Shown one piece after another: positions 14,236 to 27,307 of a stretch of 64,000 nucleotides of DNA. A program made the position numbers and the translations under genes. The stretch spans positions 1,116,001 through 1,180,000 of the forward strand of contig OX597827.1 of assembly GCA_951406725.2 (NCBI GenBank). Reading direction: 5' to 3'. The notes under the pieces are model-generated. The model was not told the DNA's origin, did not search any database, and worked only from the letters and a program-made list of their open reading frames with translations. Source of the stretch: Octopus vulgaris. Taxonomy: Eukaryota. The number at the start of each line of letters is the position of its first letter. Position 1 is the first letter of the stretch.

Positions 14236-14869
14236 AAAGAAAATCACAGAGAGTCATTGGCTGTGTTAGCAACTAAAGAGGAGCTGAAGCCCTGCACTCA
14301 ATAACTGGTGCTGCTCTGTGTTGTTGGATATAAAACTGCAGGGAGACAAACAGGTGCCAGTGACACCAGTGCATCACTCTGTACCATTAGTTCACTGATG
14401 CAGGGGGACATCAAACATAACATAGAATATAGGTGGCGCTAGTGATGATAACAACAATGATAATGATGGGAGTTTGTGTTATGGGGATGGAGATACAGTT
14501 GTAATTGTTGATGGTGATTTTGGTAGAGGTAATGACAATGATGATGGTGATGATAATTATGATAATATTGATAATGGTGGTCATGGTAGGGATGGCAGCG
14601 GTGGTAGTGATGGTAGAGTTGATGATAGTGATGATGACAATGATAACGATGATGATGATTTTGTGTGTATGCTTGTGCAAATGTGTGTGTGCATGTCAGT
14701 ATGTGTTTATAAACGTTTTGTTGTTTGTTTTTATTAATGGTAATGTTGTTATGTCTCCAAACTGGAAACCTCAGTTTTGGTGCCAGACAATCAACAAATA
14801 GGTTTGAACTCAAAATCTCTACATGTGTAATCCTGTCTTGTCAAAGATAGAATCTGTGAGAATCCTTTG

Positions 14870-16420
14870 AAAATACTGGATACCAAAAAGTCTCTCAGGT
14901 TCTCAATATGTCAACTGTATGTAGTCCATGTCTGCTACCAGATTCCAAAATGGAAACGCAGATGGCTCTCCTTTCTTGCACACATCTAATTCCTTTTTTA
15001 TCCAGTTTTTCTCTCAACACATTCGGGCTTTGTCGTTCAAACACATTTACATTGCACTTCTTACAGAACATGCTTGCTTCATTTCTTTCTACTTCTCAAG
15101 TCCTCTGCATTTGAGGTCAATATCTCACTGTCTTCTTGTCTTGAGACAGCATTCACCCGGGGTGGGTTGAGCTGGCTTCATTCATCCTCAATGCTGCATC
15201 TCTCACAAATGCCAACCAGGCCTGGCGATTTGAAGCTAACCACTCCCTATTTCTTTGAATTACAGTTACTACTCATTTTTGTCAGCTGAGTGGACTGAAG
15301 CAACATGAAATAAAGTGTCACTGGGAATCGAACTCACGACCTTTCAATCATGAGCTGAATACCCTAACCACTAAGCTATGTGCCTTTATACCTACTCTTT
15401 TCCTGATAATGAGCAAGGTAATTTCACTGAAGATGCCTGAGTCCTGCCTAATTTCTCATTAAAATCTTAGTCTTTGCTTAGTTTACCTTGAGGCCTCTCA
15501 ATTCTTGGTTTAGCTTCCATGTCTGAAATATCTTTATCGATTCAGCTAAGAGCAATAGATCATCATCATGTAGGAGTTCCCATGGACATCTAGCCTTAAC
15601 TCATCTGTAATGGCCTGAGGGACCACAATGAATAGGAGAGGACTGAGCCCTGATGAACTCCTACCTTCACACTAAATTCATCAATAAAATTGTTATTGAT
15701 TCTCACTTTACTCACTGCATCTCTGTGTACATAACTTGTACAGCCATCTCTCTATATATAAACGGCAAAATGTCTGTGTGTGTGTCCTTCATACAAATCC
15801 ACAATTTTTCAGTTAGAGGGCTCGCACTTTCTATGGTCATTCAAAACCGTCCAAGGGTGGTCGTGCACATCTTTACATTTCCCCAGTCACCCCGCAAAGC
15901 CATTAAAAATCAATAGAAGTGACATTTTTGTGAATTTTCTATCCAAAACCCAATCAAGATGCCCGAAACTTGATACGCCAATTGAATGCCAGCTAGCTGT
16001 ATGTGATTGGTCGGAGATTTGGACAGTACTCGTGTATATGTGCGCATGCACGCAGCTGTATATGCATGCACTAGCACTATGACCCAGCAACGCCGGGTCA
16101 TAGTGCTAGTCATAAGATATTCAGCTATACCTAGTTCCCTACTGAATGTGGTACCTTGTCAAATGCCTTCTTCTCAATGAATGTTAGGAACAATGGTTTG
16201 CTCTTAGCCAAGTATTTCTATTGCAGTTGTCTCACTGGGAAGATTCCATTAATAATACCTCCTCCAACCTTGAAATTAAATTGCATTTCATCAAGGTCTG
16301 CTCAGTCATAAATCAATTGCACTTTGACCTTAATTTCTTGATCCAGCAGTTTGATTTCTCTTCATTTTCCTAAACATCACAAGTGACAATCAAGGTAACT
16401 GTTGAATTAACTACCAGCTT
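14870..16420 (-). mobile_element. RTE-clade LINE reverse transcriptase remnant, interrupted by a SINE (~15140-15390) and a Helitron
   Basis: Translated fragments VRQLQ*KYLAKSKPLF..EKKAFDKVP, SKVRINN..EFSVKVGVHQGS..PLLFI, CPWELLHDDDL (decayed YADD) and ERNEASM...LREKL...VQERR. Confidence 0.9.
15747..16109 (+). mobile_element. Non-autonomous Helitron
   Basis: A|TC 5' end (tctctctatatataaacgg), subterminal hairpin atgacccagc-aac-gccgggtcat, CTAG|T 3' end, no TSD; splits the RT coding remnant. Confidence 0.88.
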
Positions 16421-16519
16421 TGCACCTTCAAAGGCTTCTGAAATAAATCAATCCCTTGAAAAACATGTAAGACTTATCAACAGGAAGAGCATTATTACCT
16501 CAGCAATGCATTCGTCTAA

Positions 16520-17130
16520 CCATGTGGTTCTCAACCAGTTTTTTCTTTTTTTTTGTTTTGACTCATGAACCCATTTGATCCCTATTTTATTCAGATGGAC
16601 CCTCATAGCCATTCAATGTTTAAAAAAAATCATATATTTTTTTAATTACATATTAGGATTTTTTACCCTCGTTTCGGCTATGCTGGGGTTACTGCCTTGA
16701 AGGGTTTAAGTCAAATGAATTGACCTCACTGTTCATATTTCAGTAAGGCCTGGTACTTATTCTATCAGTCTCTTTAGCTAAACTGCTATGTTACAGGGGA
16801 AGAAAACACACCAACACTGGTTGTCAAGTGGTGGTAGAGGACAAACGCATACACAAACACACACACCCAAACAATAGGCTTCTTTCAGTTTCCATCTACC
16901 AAATCCACTCATGGGGCTTTTGTTAGCTATAGTAGAAGACCAAGGTGCCATACAGTGGGACTGAACCCAGAACCATGTGTTTGGGAAGCATACTTTTCAC
17001 CACACAGCTACACCTGCACCTACTCTTTAAGAAAGTGTTAAAATACTTTGTGTATTCTAGAAGTATAACTAAATCATTGTACACAAATTTTAACAACAGA
17101 ATCTTATATGGACCCCCATTGACAACATGG
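16520..17130. mobile_element. hAT-like MITE with inserted SINE A (16670-17020)
   Basis: gtggttctcaacc end and tcttatatggacccc body shared with 47565-47887 and 59611-60266. Confidence 0.6.
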
Positions 17131-17175
17131 AAAAATAGATGTAAAAATGAACCATACACACACACACACACACAA

Positions 17176-17244
<69 letters not shown>

Positions 17245-17897
17245 CTCTATTCGTTGAGGTCCTTTTTTACACTTTATTTTTTAAAGAAACGACTGTGACT
17301 TCGAAGTTTCCCTTCACCTGACTTTGAAATAGAAGATTTTGCATAACTTCCATGTTTTGGTCACCATTTAAAGAAAACCAACCCATTTAACTCAACATTA
17401 TGTATTGAGTACTTTATTTAGTATTTTTGTATTTATACATGAATTATTACATATATAAATATGTGTGTGTATGTGTATTCATCCACACAAGTGTCTACAT
17501 ACATATTCATATATAACTATATATATACATATATATATACATACACACACACACACACACACATATACATACATATGCATATGTATATTTAGTATTTTTG
17601 CTTTTATACATGAATTAATGTACATTAATATATATATATATATATATATACATATATGTATATATATACATATATGTATATATATATACATATATGTATA
17701 TATATACATATATGTATAAAGAGAAAGAGAGAGAGAGAGAGGGAGTGTAAATGATAGAGAGAGGCACACATGTACACACATACATACATATGTATATATA
17801 TTTATTTGTATGTTTCATATATATGTGTGTGAATATGTACATATATGTGTCTGTATGAATATATGTGTAAGTAGATACACACACACACAGATGCACG

Positions 17898-17932
<35 letters not shown>

Positions 17933-18236
17933 ACACACACACTCACACACAGAGAGACACATATTTGTTTCAAATTCGATTTGCTCCTATCTCCACCAAT
18001 TTTTCTTTTTATATATTCTTATTTTTATCCGTGAAGAATGAATATATGATAAGAAATATGAAAATCTAATGTAATTTTGCAGAGTTCAATATGATTCCAG
18101 CAAAGAATGTTCGGTGAGTTCACATGGAATCTTGTTTACACCAAAACCTGAAACAACCATCAATTTGATCTGTATTTTTGATGTGTGTGTGCGTACGTGT
18201 CCATGTGTGTGGGTTTTTCGTCATTTTCTATTATCG

Positions 18237-18277
<41 letters not shown>

Positions 18278-18527
18278 TTTTATTTTTTTTTTTTGAAAAT
18301 ATTTGTTTTAAATTTTGACAATTCTTATACATTTCTGTATGAAGAGGTATATTTCACTACAGATACACAAGAAATCTCACCTGTAATGTTGGTGGTGAGT
18401 AAAACATGCAGAAAAGTAAAATAGATATAAGCAAAATGAATTTAAAAATCTATAAATATATACATATATATATATGTGCGTATGTGTGTGTGCCTGTGAC
18501 ATATATATATATATATAAATGATAAAC

Positions 18528-19062
18528 GTTGCCCTTTTCAAGCCTAGCCAGGCTCATGGGCCAGGTTTCCCGGTTTCTGTGGTCTATGTGTTCCCCCCAG
18601 CTGGACGGGACACCAGTCCATTGCAGCGTTACTCAAGAAACAGGAAGAGAGAGTGAGAGAAAGAGTACAACAGGGGTCGCCACTACCCCCTGCCGGAGCC
18701 TCATGCAGCTTTTAGGTGTTTTTGCTCAATAAACACACACAACGCCTGGTCTGGGAATCGAAACCACGATCCTCCAACCGTGAATCCGCTGCCCTAACCA
18801 CTGGGCCATTGCACCTCCTGCGCCCTTTTCAAGCCTAGCCAGGCTCATGGGCCCGGTTTCCCGGTTTCAATGATGTATGTGTTCCTCAGCTGCACGGGAC
18901 ACCAGTCCATTGCAGCGTTACTCATTTTTGCCAGCTGAGTGGACTGGAGCAGCGTGAAATGAAGTGTTTTGCTCAAGAACACAATGCATCACCCGGTCCA
19001 GGAATCGAAACCACAATCTTACGATTATGGTGATGACACCCTAACCACTAAGCCACGTGCCT

Positions 19063-19063
<1 letters not shown>
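18528..19063 (-). mobile_element. Two adjacent tRNA-derived SINEs (family C-type)
   Basis: Reverse-complement heads with tggcccagtggttagg and ggtttcgattcc boxes; shared 3' part gcccttttcaagcctagccaggctcatggg duplicated at 18531 and 18822. Confidence 0.8.
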
Positions 19064-19147
<84 letters not shown>

Positions 19148-21620
19148 TATATAGATGAATAGATAGATGGACAGACAGATGGACACAGACAGACATCTAG
19201 ATAGCTAGATAGACCGATAGATAAGTAGACAGATATCAGCAAGGAATTGAGAAAATGGTACATTGAACAAAATATGAATTATAATGTTTGGTTCTGCTCT
19301 GCTCTCTTCACTTCCAGTACCCACAAAAGTTCGTTTTCTATGTTTTTGTTTTTATGTTTTAGTTTCTCATTGTGTTCAACGTTTTTTTGATGTCCTGCAT
19401 GTATATATACATATATATGTAGGTATGTATATATGCATATATTTATATATTATTTATATTATTATATGATCGAATGCCACGCATCCTTTTCCAAGTATAT
19501 ATATACATTTCCCATCAAAACTTCAGCCAAGTAGAAACATAACAGACCGGACATAGTTATATGAGACAGTAAAGCTATGTATGGTCATAAAGGCTGGCTG
19601 CCCTGCTGGTGCAAAGAGTTCTTCAGAAAACAGAAAGAAGCAGAATATTTATGTTTCAATATCTACAGCTCTTCTATCTTGATTATAAATTCATATTTCA
19701 AACCAATAATCATTAGTGCACTTGGTTATGTTAGTAAATTTTCAATTCCTAACCCTGGGAAAATCAAAGATTTTCGAGAAAGAAATCAGCTAACATGAAT
19801 TATACAGATACGATCAGTAAGTGGGGGAATAAATATATGCAACACTTTCTTAAAGTTTGATATGTAACAATTATTCCTGTTGTTCACCAAATTATAGTGA
19901 TGAAGCTTTTGTCTCTTAGTTAGAAATCAAGAACATCCTTCAAGAAAAAATACTAATGAATAAATAAAAAAAGAAAGAAGGCATACATATAACAGACAGT
20001 CTCTCACACACACACACACACACATGGATATCACCAGCCATTAGATACATAGTCAGATAAGACCTGCAATCCACTTGAGCTCATGTTACTGGTCAACAAT
20101 GGTCTCAACATCAGCAAAAAATGTGACCATAGGTACAAGCATAGCTGTATGGGTAAGAAGCTTGCTTTGCAACCCATGTAGTTTTGGGGTTCAATCCCAC
20201 TGCGAAGCACTTTGCTGAAGTATCATCTACTAAAGCTCAAAAGCTTACCAATGCCTTGTAAGTGAATTTAGTAGTCAGAAAGTGTATACGAGGCAGCGAG
20301 CTGGTCTTTCGTCTTCTGTTACGTTCTGAGTTCAAATTCCGCTGAGGTCGACTTTGCCTTTCATCCTCTTGGGGTCGATAAATTAAGTACCAGTTACGCA
20401 CTGGGGTCGATGTAATCGACTTAATCCCTTTGTCTGTCCTTGTTTGTTCCCTCTATGTTTGGCCCCTTGTGGGCAATAAAGAAATAAGAAACTGTATAGG
20501 AGACTATCACACACACACACTTATTACAGACTTCATTCATTTCTGTCTACCAAATCCACCCAGAAGGCTTTGGTCGGCCCGAGGCTATAGTAGAAAACAC
20601 TTGCCCAAGGTGCCATGCAGTTGGACTGAACCCAGAACCATGTGGTTGGTAAGCAAGCTACTTACCACACAGCCACTCCTGCACTTCATATGAGTGTGTG
20701 TGTGTGTGTAGATATATATATATCTTGATAATTACACAAACACATACATATACATACTAGCACTCACGTTTATACACAAAAACAGGAATCCAGATTCATA
20801 ATTGCAAACAGACACACAGACACAGGTATACATATGTAATACAGTTATAATATAAATATTCATCATAAATGACATATATAGACACACACGTATAGGCATG
20901 AATGTATATATACGCACACACATAAGGAGAAGCACATAGACATATACATACTCATCTAGAAAGACACATATAGAGACACAGACATACCCATATACACATG
21001 ACCATACACACACATACATACAGGCATGCATACACACATATATATAAACACACGTGCAACCATATGTACATAGTCACAAGTACACGTATCAACACACACA
21101 CATATAAACATGTGTATGCACACACATACACACACACACACACATAGACACATGTGCGCATAGACACACACACACTCACACACACATACAGGCACAAGTA
21201 CACAAACCAACACAGACAGACACACACACATAGTCACATGTGCACACACACACACACACATACAGACACATCTGCATGCGCACACACACATACATACTGA
21301 CACATGTGCACACACACACACACACATATAGGCACAAGTACACGTACCAACACACACACACACACACACCCTACATCCACCCCCACTCATACACGCACCT
21401 TCACAATTAACCACAAGGAATGACAATAGTGCCAAAAGTGTCAACGTTACCTGTCAATACAGAGTTGCAGGTGTGTGCATATGTGCACATAATTGCAAGT
21501 CAACGATGCTGCGATGCATTGACAGGAAGCAGTGCTTTATTGTGCACTGTTTTTATGCCAAATGCATTTAGTGCGTTCCACTAAAGAAAATGAAGAATCT
21601 CAAATGAAAGAGTGATGGCA

Positions 21621-21985
21621 GTGGTGGTGGTGGTGGTGGTGGTGGTGGTGGTGGTGGTGGTGGTGGTGGTGGTGGTGGTGGTGGTGGTGGTGGTGGTGGT
21701 GGTGGTGGTGGTGGTGGTGGTGACGGTGGTGGTGGTGGTGGTGGTGGTGGTGGTGGTGGTGGTGGTGGTGGTGGTGGTGACGGTGGTGGTGGTGGTGGTG
21801 ACGGTGGTGGTGGTGGTGGTGGTGGTGGTGGTGGTGGTGACGGTGGTGGTGGTGGTGGTGGTGGTGGTGGTGGTGGTGACGGTGGTGGTGGTGGTGGTGG
21901 TGGTGGTGGTGGTGGTGGTGACGGTGGTGGTGGTGGTGGTGGTGGTGGTGGTGGTGGTGGCGGTGGTGGTGACGGTGGTGGTTGT
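21621..21985. repeat. Long (GGT)n trinucleotide repeat with GAC interruptions
   Basis: Directly visible, ~365 bp. Confidence 0.97.
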
Positions 21986-22380
21986 GGCGTTTTTAAATTA
22001 AGTGTTAGTGGTTGTGTAATAATGGTGGTGAGAGGGGTGTGAGGGTTGGGGTGGTATTGGTTGTTATAAATTAAGTGGTAGTGTTGGTGTATGTGTGGTG
22101 GTGGTGTAGGATGTAGTGGTACTGATGACGGCAGTGATGGTGCTGGTAGTGGTGGTTGTGTGGCAGTGGATGGGATGTATTGGTGGTTGCTAAGTGGTGG
22201 TAGTGGTGGTTTTAAATATGTGGGAAGTGGTAGTAATAGCAGTTGTGAATGTGTAGTAGTTATGGTGGTAGTTGTCATAGTTGCATCAGTGGTTGTTTTA
22301 GTATACTTAGTGATAATAGTGGTTGTGGTTTAGGTGGTAGTTGTAATATTGTTAGTGGTGCTGGTGATTGTAGCAATGGT

Positions 22381-22660
22381 GGTTGTAGTTTTGGTGCTGG
22401 TGTAGTGGTGTTCACAATGCTGGTGATTGTAGTGGTGGTCGTTGTGGTTTTGGTGGTAGTTGTGTTGGTGTTCATGGTGCTGGTGCTTGTAGTGGTAGTG
22501 GTTGTGGTTTTGGTAGTAGTTTTAGTGGTGTTAGTAGTGCTAGTGATTTTAGTGGTGGTGGTTGTGGTTTTGGTAGTAGTTTTAGTGGTGTTTGTGGTGC
22601 TGGTGATCTTAGTGGTGGTGGTTGTAGTTTTGGTAGTAGTTGTGTTGGTATTCACACGGC
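22381..22660. repeat. 60-bp-period minisatellite (~4.5 units)
   Basis: gttgtggttttggt(a/g)gtagtt-like unit starts at 22441, 22501, 22561 and 22621. Confidence 0.85.
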
Positions 22661-22866
22661 TGTAGAAATGAGTTACGATGTCACTGGTGCCAAGCTGTAT
22701 CAGCCTCTTTGCTTTTCCTTTGGGCAACATCAGTTCTAGCATAGAGTGGGGAGACTGGTATGCATAGGTGACGACTGGTCTTCCATAAGCAACTTTGCCT
22801 GGACTTGTACTTCAGGGGGCAACTTTCTAGGTGCAATTCCATGGTGATTGAAGTGGGGTCTTTACC

Positions 22867-22962
<96 letters not shown>

Positions 22963-22971
22963 GGCAAATAA

Positions 22972-23048
22972 ACATCAGCCGGTAAACATTCTAATATGTC
23001 TATTCATTCCAATGGAATAGACATCCTGGAATGCTTACTGGCTGATGT
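22972..23048. repeat. 77-nt hairpin (34-bp stem)
   Basis: acatcagccggtaaacattctaatatgtctattc pairs with gaatagacatcctggaatgcttactggctgatgt. Confidence 0.9.
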
Positions 23049-23289
23049 CTGCTGAATTTGTATCCTCTCCACTTTCTTATTTGCTGTATAAATCAAGGTA
23101 AAACCACTTTTTACCCCCGCCCATATATAACACAAAATTGCAAGCTTGCCAGGTAATAACTAGCACTTGGGTAAGAATAATTGGGTACACTACCAGCAGT
23201 ATATTGGATAGGTACTGTCCCTTAGTTGGTTTCTCATCCTTTAACTTACACAGAAAAATATATATATATATATTCACTATATGACTGCT

Positions 23290-23488
23290 TGTGTATCGTT
23301 GGCAATTTTTTTCCTCCGACTTCCCTTCCTCGGATCTTTCCTTTTCCTATGTTTCTGATGAAGAGTTCCACTCGAAATGTTAAATCCTCCTTCTTTCTTT
23401 CCTTTCCTGACCATCCAATAACACTATACTTGTTCAACGTCCTCGCGTTGTTGTGTTTTCTCTTTGTGTTTTCATTTTTGGATTAACT
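23290..23488 (+). mobile_element. Short repeat carrying a minimal hammerhead motif (23351-23385)
   Basis: gttt-CTGATGA-A-GAG ttcca CTC-GAAA-TG-T-T-aaat; second copy of the element, inverted, at 57314-57480. Confidence 0.75.
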
Positions 23489-23509
23489 ATATACACTTTA
23501 TATATACTT

Positions 23510-23690
23510 TACAAAAAACTAAAGATGAAGACAGGTGAAGGAAGAACAAGCAGGTGTATTAGTTTAACGCTCAAGAAGAACAGTAAAGTCTTTGATGTTT
23601 CGAGTCTATGCTCTTCATTAGAATAGACTGAGAGGGAAAAAAGAAAAAGAAAGAATGGAGAGAGAGTAACATGTGTAGGGATTAATGGTT
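23510..23690 (-). mobile_element. Short repeat carrying a degenerate minimal hammerhead (23587-23629)
   Basis: Minus strand agtctatt-CTAATGA-A-GAG cataga CTC-GAAA-CA-T-C-aaagact. Confidence 0.65.
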
Positions 23691-24240
23691 CAATGTGATG
23701 ACGACAGGCTTTTTAAAGTCTACCAAATCCACTGACAAGGCTTTGGTTGACCAGGGGCTTTAGTAGAAGACACTTGCTCAAGGTGCCACACAGTGGGACC
23801 GAACCTGAGACTACGTGGCTGGGAAGCAAGCCTCTTACCACACAGCCACGTCTGTGCAGGAATCAAAATCAATTCCTCCCTCAACCTGACTGCTTAGCAG
23901 ACTCAACATCTTGTTCAATAACTCTGGCCATGTGATTCTAACAGCAATGGAGACCATGACAACAACGACGATAACAAGAAGAAGAAGAAGAACAACAACA
24001 ACAACAACAACAATAAATATATAAATAAATACATGAAAATGTAAAAGCTTCTTCTATGTTGACATTAAATTTTGGTGTTTCTAAACAAGTAATTTTCACA
24101 GAAATATCTCCAGTCACATTCTGTAAATAATGGTAAAAGTTCTGCTACAATGCCAAATGTCTTACTTATTACATTAACTCAATGCTTTTGCTTTCTGCTT
24201 TTTTTTTATTACTTTAATACTGTATTTTGCTTGTATATAC

Positions 24241-24284
<44 letters not shown>

Positions 24285-24294
24285 ATACACCCAT

Positions 24295-24336
<42 letters not shown>

Positions 24337-24699
24337 CTGTAAGTGTGTGTGTTTGAATGTTTGTATATATATATATGTGTGCGTGCGTGTGTGTGTGTGC
24401 ATGTGTGTTTGAACGTATATATATATATGTATATGTATGTGCGTGTGTGTGTGTATATGCTTATATGTAAGTATATATGTGTACATACATGTTTGTGTGT
24501 TTATGTATGCATATATATATACACACACACATATATATATACTTTTGGATGCATTTGTGTGTGTGCGTGCATATAACATAAATATGTGTATGTGTGCACA
24601 CACACACACACACATATATACATACATATATATATATATATTTGTTCTGTTTGCCATGCCTTCCACCCTCTCACTTCTTATTTTTCTCTTCATCCACTG

Positions 24700-24876
24700 C
24701 CTATTCTTCTTTTTCTTCTTCTTTTTTCCTCCAGTCTTCTTCTTCTTCTTCTCCTCCTTCTTCTTCTTCTTCTTCTTCTTCTTCTTCTTCTTCTTCTTCT
24801 TCTTCTTCTTCCTCCTCCTCCTCCTCCTCCTCCTCCTCCTTCTTCTTCTTCTTCTTCTTCTTCTTCTTCTTCTTCT
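24700..24876. repeat. (CTT)n/(CCT)n polypyrimidine tract
   Basis: Directly visible. Confidence 0.95.
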
Positions 24877-25220
24877 GTCTCAGTCTTCACCTCATTCTGC
24901 CTCGCTCTACTTTCACTTTCGCCTCCACCCCCCCTCCACAAACACCACTACACCCTCTTCCCCCCACTCCTCCTCCTACTTTTGTTCTTTGCTCCTTTGT
25001 TCTTCCGACATTTGCATATTTTCTTGTTAGCTTCTTCTATCTACAGAGATAAATTTTTCCCCAGAACATTTCCTCTGTTTACATACATATACACACATAC
25101 ATATATGTATGTGTGTATATATACATACACACATACATATATATATGAATGAATGCGTGTGTGTGCATATATATATATATATGCATACATGCATATATGT
25201 ACACACATGCATGTGTGTTT

Positions 25221-25261
<41 letters not shown>

Positions 25262-25424
25262 TGTATGTATATATATTTATGTATGTACATGTATAAACAC
25301 AACATCCATTGCAACCTTTACTCTTTATCTTCCTCTCCCTCTCTCCGCTACTCCACCCTCACTCTCTTATCCAACTTTTCTCCACCTACAACAATTTTTA
25401 TGATGATTGAATTTACATCTACCT

Positions 25425-26420
25425 CACGCCACCACCACCATCACCACCGCCACCACCGCCACCACCACCGCCGCCGCCGCCGCCGCCACCACCACCATTG
25501 TTCCCTTGTTTTTATTGTTATTTTTCTCTTTGGATGTTGTCTTTTAGGTTTGTGGGGCTCTGTACATGATGTGGAGAGTAAGTGGGGAGGGGAGGAGGGG
25601 GCAGTGGTGCCATGAACTGGGAATTTTCTTGAGATTAACCACCACTGCTATCAGCGCCGATACCAGCGCCACCACCACCAGCAAGACTATGATGACCACA
25701 AACACTATTGAGACCACTACCATCACCTTCACCATCACCACCACCTTCACCATCACCACCACCTTCACCAAGAACACCATCATGCCACTGCTGATACCAC
25801 TACCACCACCACCATCACCTCCAGGACTGCCACCAAGACCACCACCTCCACCACCACCGCTGCTGCTACGAACACCAGTGTCATTATCATCATCACCAGT
25901 ACTACCACCATCACCACCACCACCACCACCATCAGCACTGGGAACGTCACCACACCACTGCTGCTGCCATTACTATCATCAGCACCACCAGTATCACCAC
26001 CATCATCACCAAGAACACTACCATCCCAACCATCATCATCATCATCATCACCTGTACTACCACCAAGACGACTTCAACGTTGACCACCACCACCACCACC
26101 ATCATCATCACCAATACTACCACCAAGACCACCACAACGATGACCGTTACCAGCACCACCATCATCATCCCCATCCACTTCCACACCACCATCATCATCA
26201 TCATCATCATCATCACCAATACTACCATCAACACCACCACAAAGATGACTACTACCACCACCACCACCACCACCACCAACACTACCATCATCACCAAGAT
26301 CACAACCACCACCACAACCATCATTACCCCCATGCACCCCCACCCCCACCCCCACCACAACCACCATCATCCACCACCATCACCACTACCAAGACCAACC
26401 ACCTCATCCACCAACAGCAA
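25425..26420. repeat. (CAC)n/(CAT)n-rich low-complexity block
   Basis: Directly visible; source of the His/Pro/Thr-rich spurious ORFs. Confidence 0.9.
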
Positions 26421-27110
26421 CAAAAAGGCAAATGAGAAGAAAAACAAAGGAGTTTCTGTGTGTGGGTTGATGGTTGGGTGGAAGAGCACTTGGTTGATAC
26501 GGTATCTGTTTGATTCTACACCCAGGGATTTTTATGAAGTGGTTTTTATCAAAAACGCAAGGTCAGTGCGAGAGGTATTAAACAGCGCCAAGGGACATCA
26601 CTCACTGCTATGTACTTCCCTTAGATCTTTTACAACAACAATTACAACAACAAGGATTTATTGTTTCTAATAAAAGTAATCTTTTATCTTTCGCTTGTTT
26701 CAGTTACTGGACTGTGGCCATGCTGGGGCACCACCTTGAAGGGTTTAGTCCAGGCATGAGCAACTGTTTATGAGAAACGAGCCACGTGAGACATGGCTCT
26801 TACTCAGAACAGCTGCTCTATTAAAAAGATGATTCAAGGTAATAATTTTGTATTGGGCATGTTGTTTGGGGAAGTCCAGCTGGCTGTATGCGGCCCACAA
26901 GCCACAGTGGCTGGTTTAGATGAACAAAATGCCTCCAGTATGTATTCTATTGGTCTCTTTTGCCAAACTGCTACATTATGGGGATGTAAATAAACCAGCA
27001 CTGGTTGTCAAATGGCAGGGTAGGGGTAACAAACACAATATAACACACACACGTACCTGTGTGTGTTTGTGTATGTACACACACACATATATATATATAT
27101 ATATATGTAT

Positions 27111-27307
27111 TATTCCAAACAGTTTGGTTTGGATTCTGTGCTACTTAATGTGGCCTTCCTTGACCAATCACAGCCCATCTACCACTAGCCAACTTGGACT
27201 TCCTGCGCCTCCCCATTCATTCAGATTTCTACTGGCCTGAGGAAAGGCCCTGTTAGGGGCTTTGAAACTTTAAGTAGCACAAAATCTAAATCAAACTGTT
27301 TTGAACA
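27111..27307 (+). mobile_element. Fold-back element with 38-bp terminal inverted repeats and an internal hammerhead-like core
   Basis: 27111-27148 vs 27270-27307 inverted (5 mismatches); CTGAGGA-AAGGCCC tgttag GGGCTTT-GAAAC at 27237-27268. Confidence 0.7.

Noticed and set aside
21568-22742. 236-aa poly-Pro ORF and Thr-rich mucin-like ORF
   Set aside because: Translations of (GGT)n and its minisatellite; open in several frames, no complex domain or credible start.
25566-26670. 289-aa His/Pro-rich and 196-aa Thr-rich ORFs
   Set aside because: Stop-free because of CAC/CAT triplet repeats; overlapping frames are all open.
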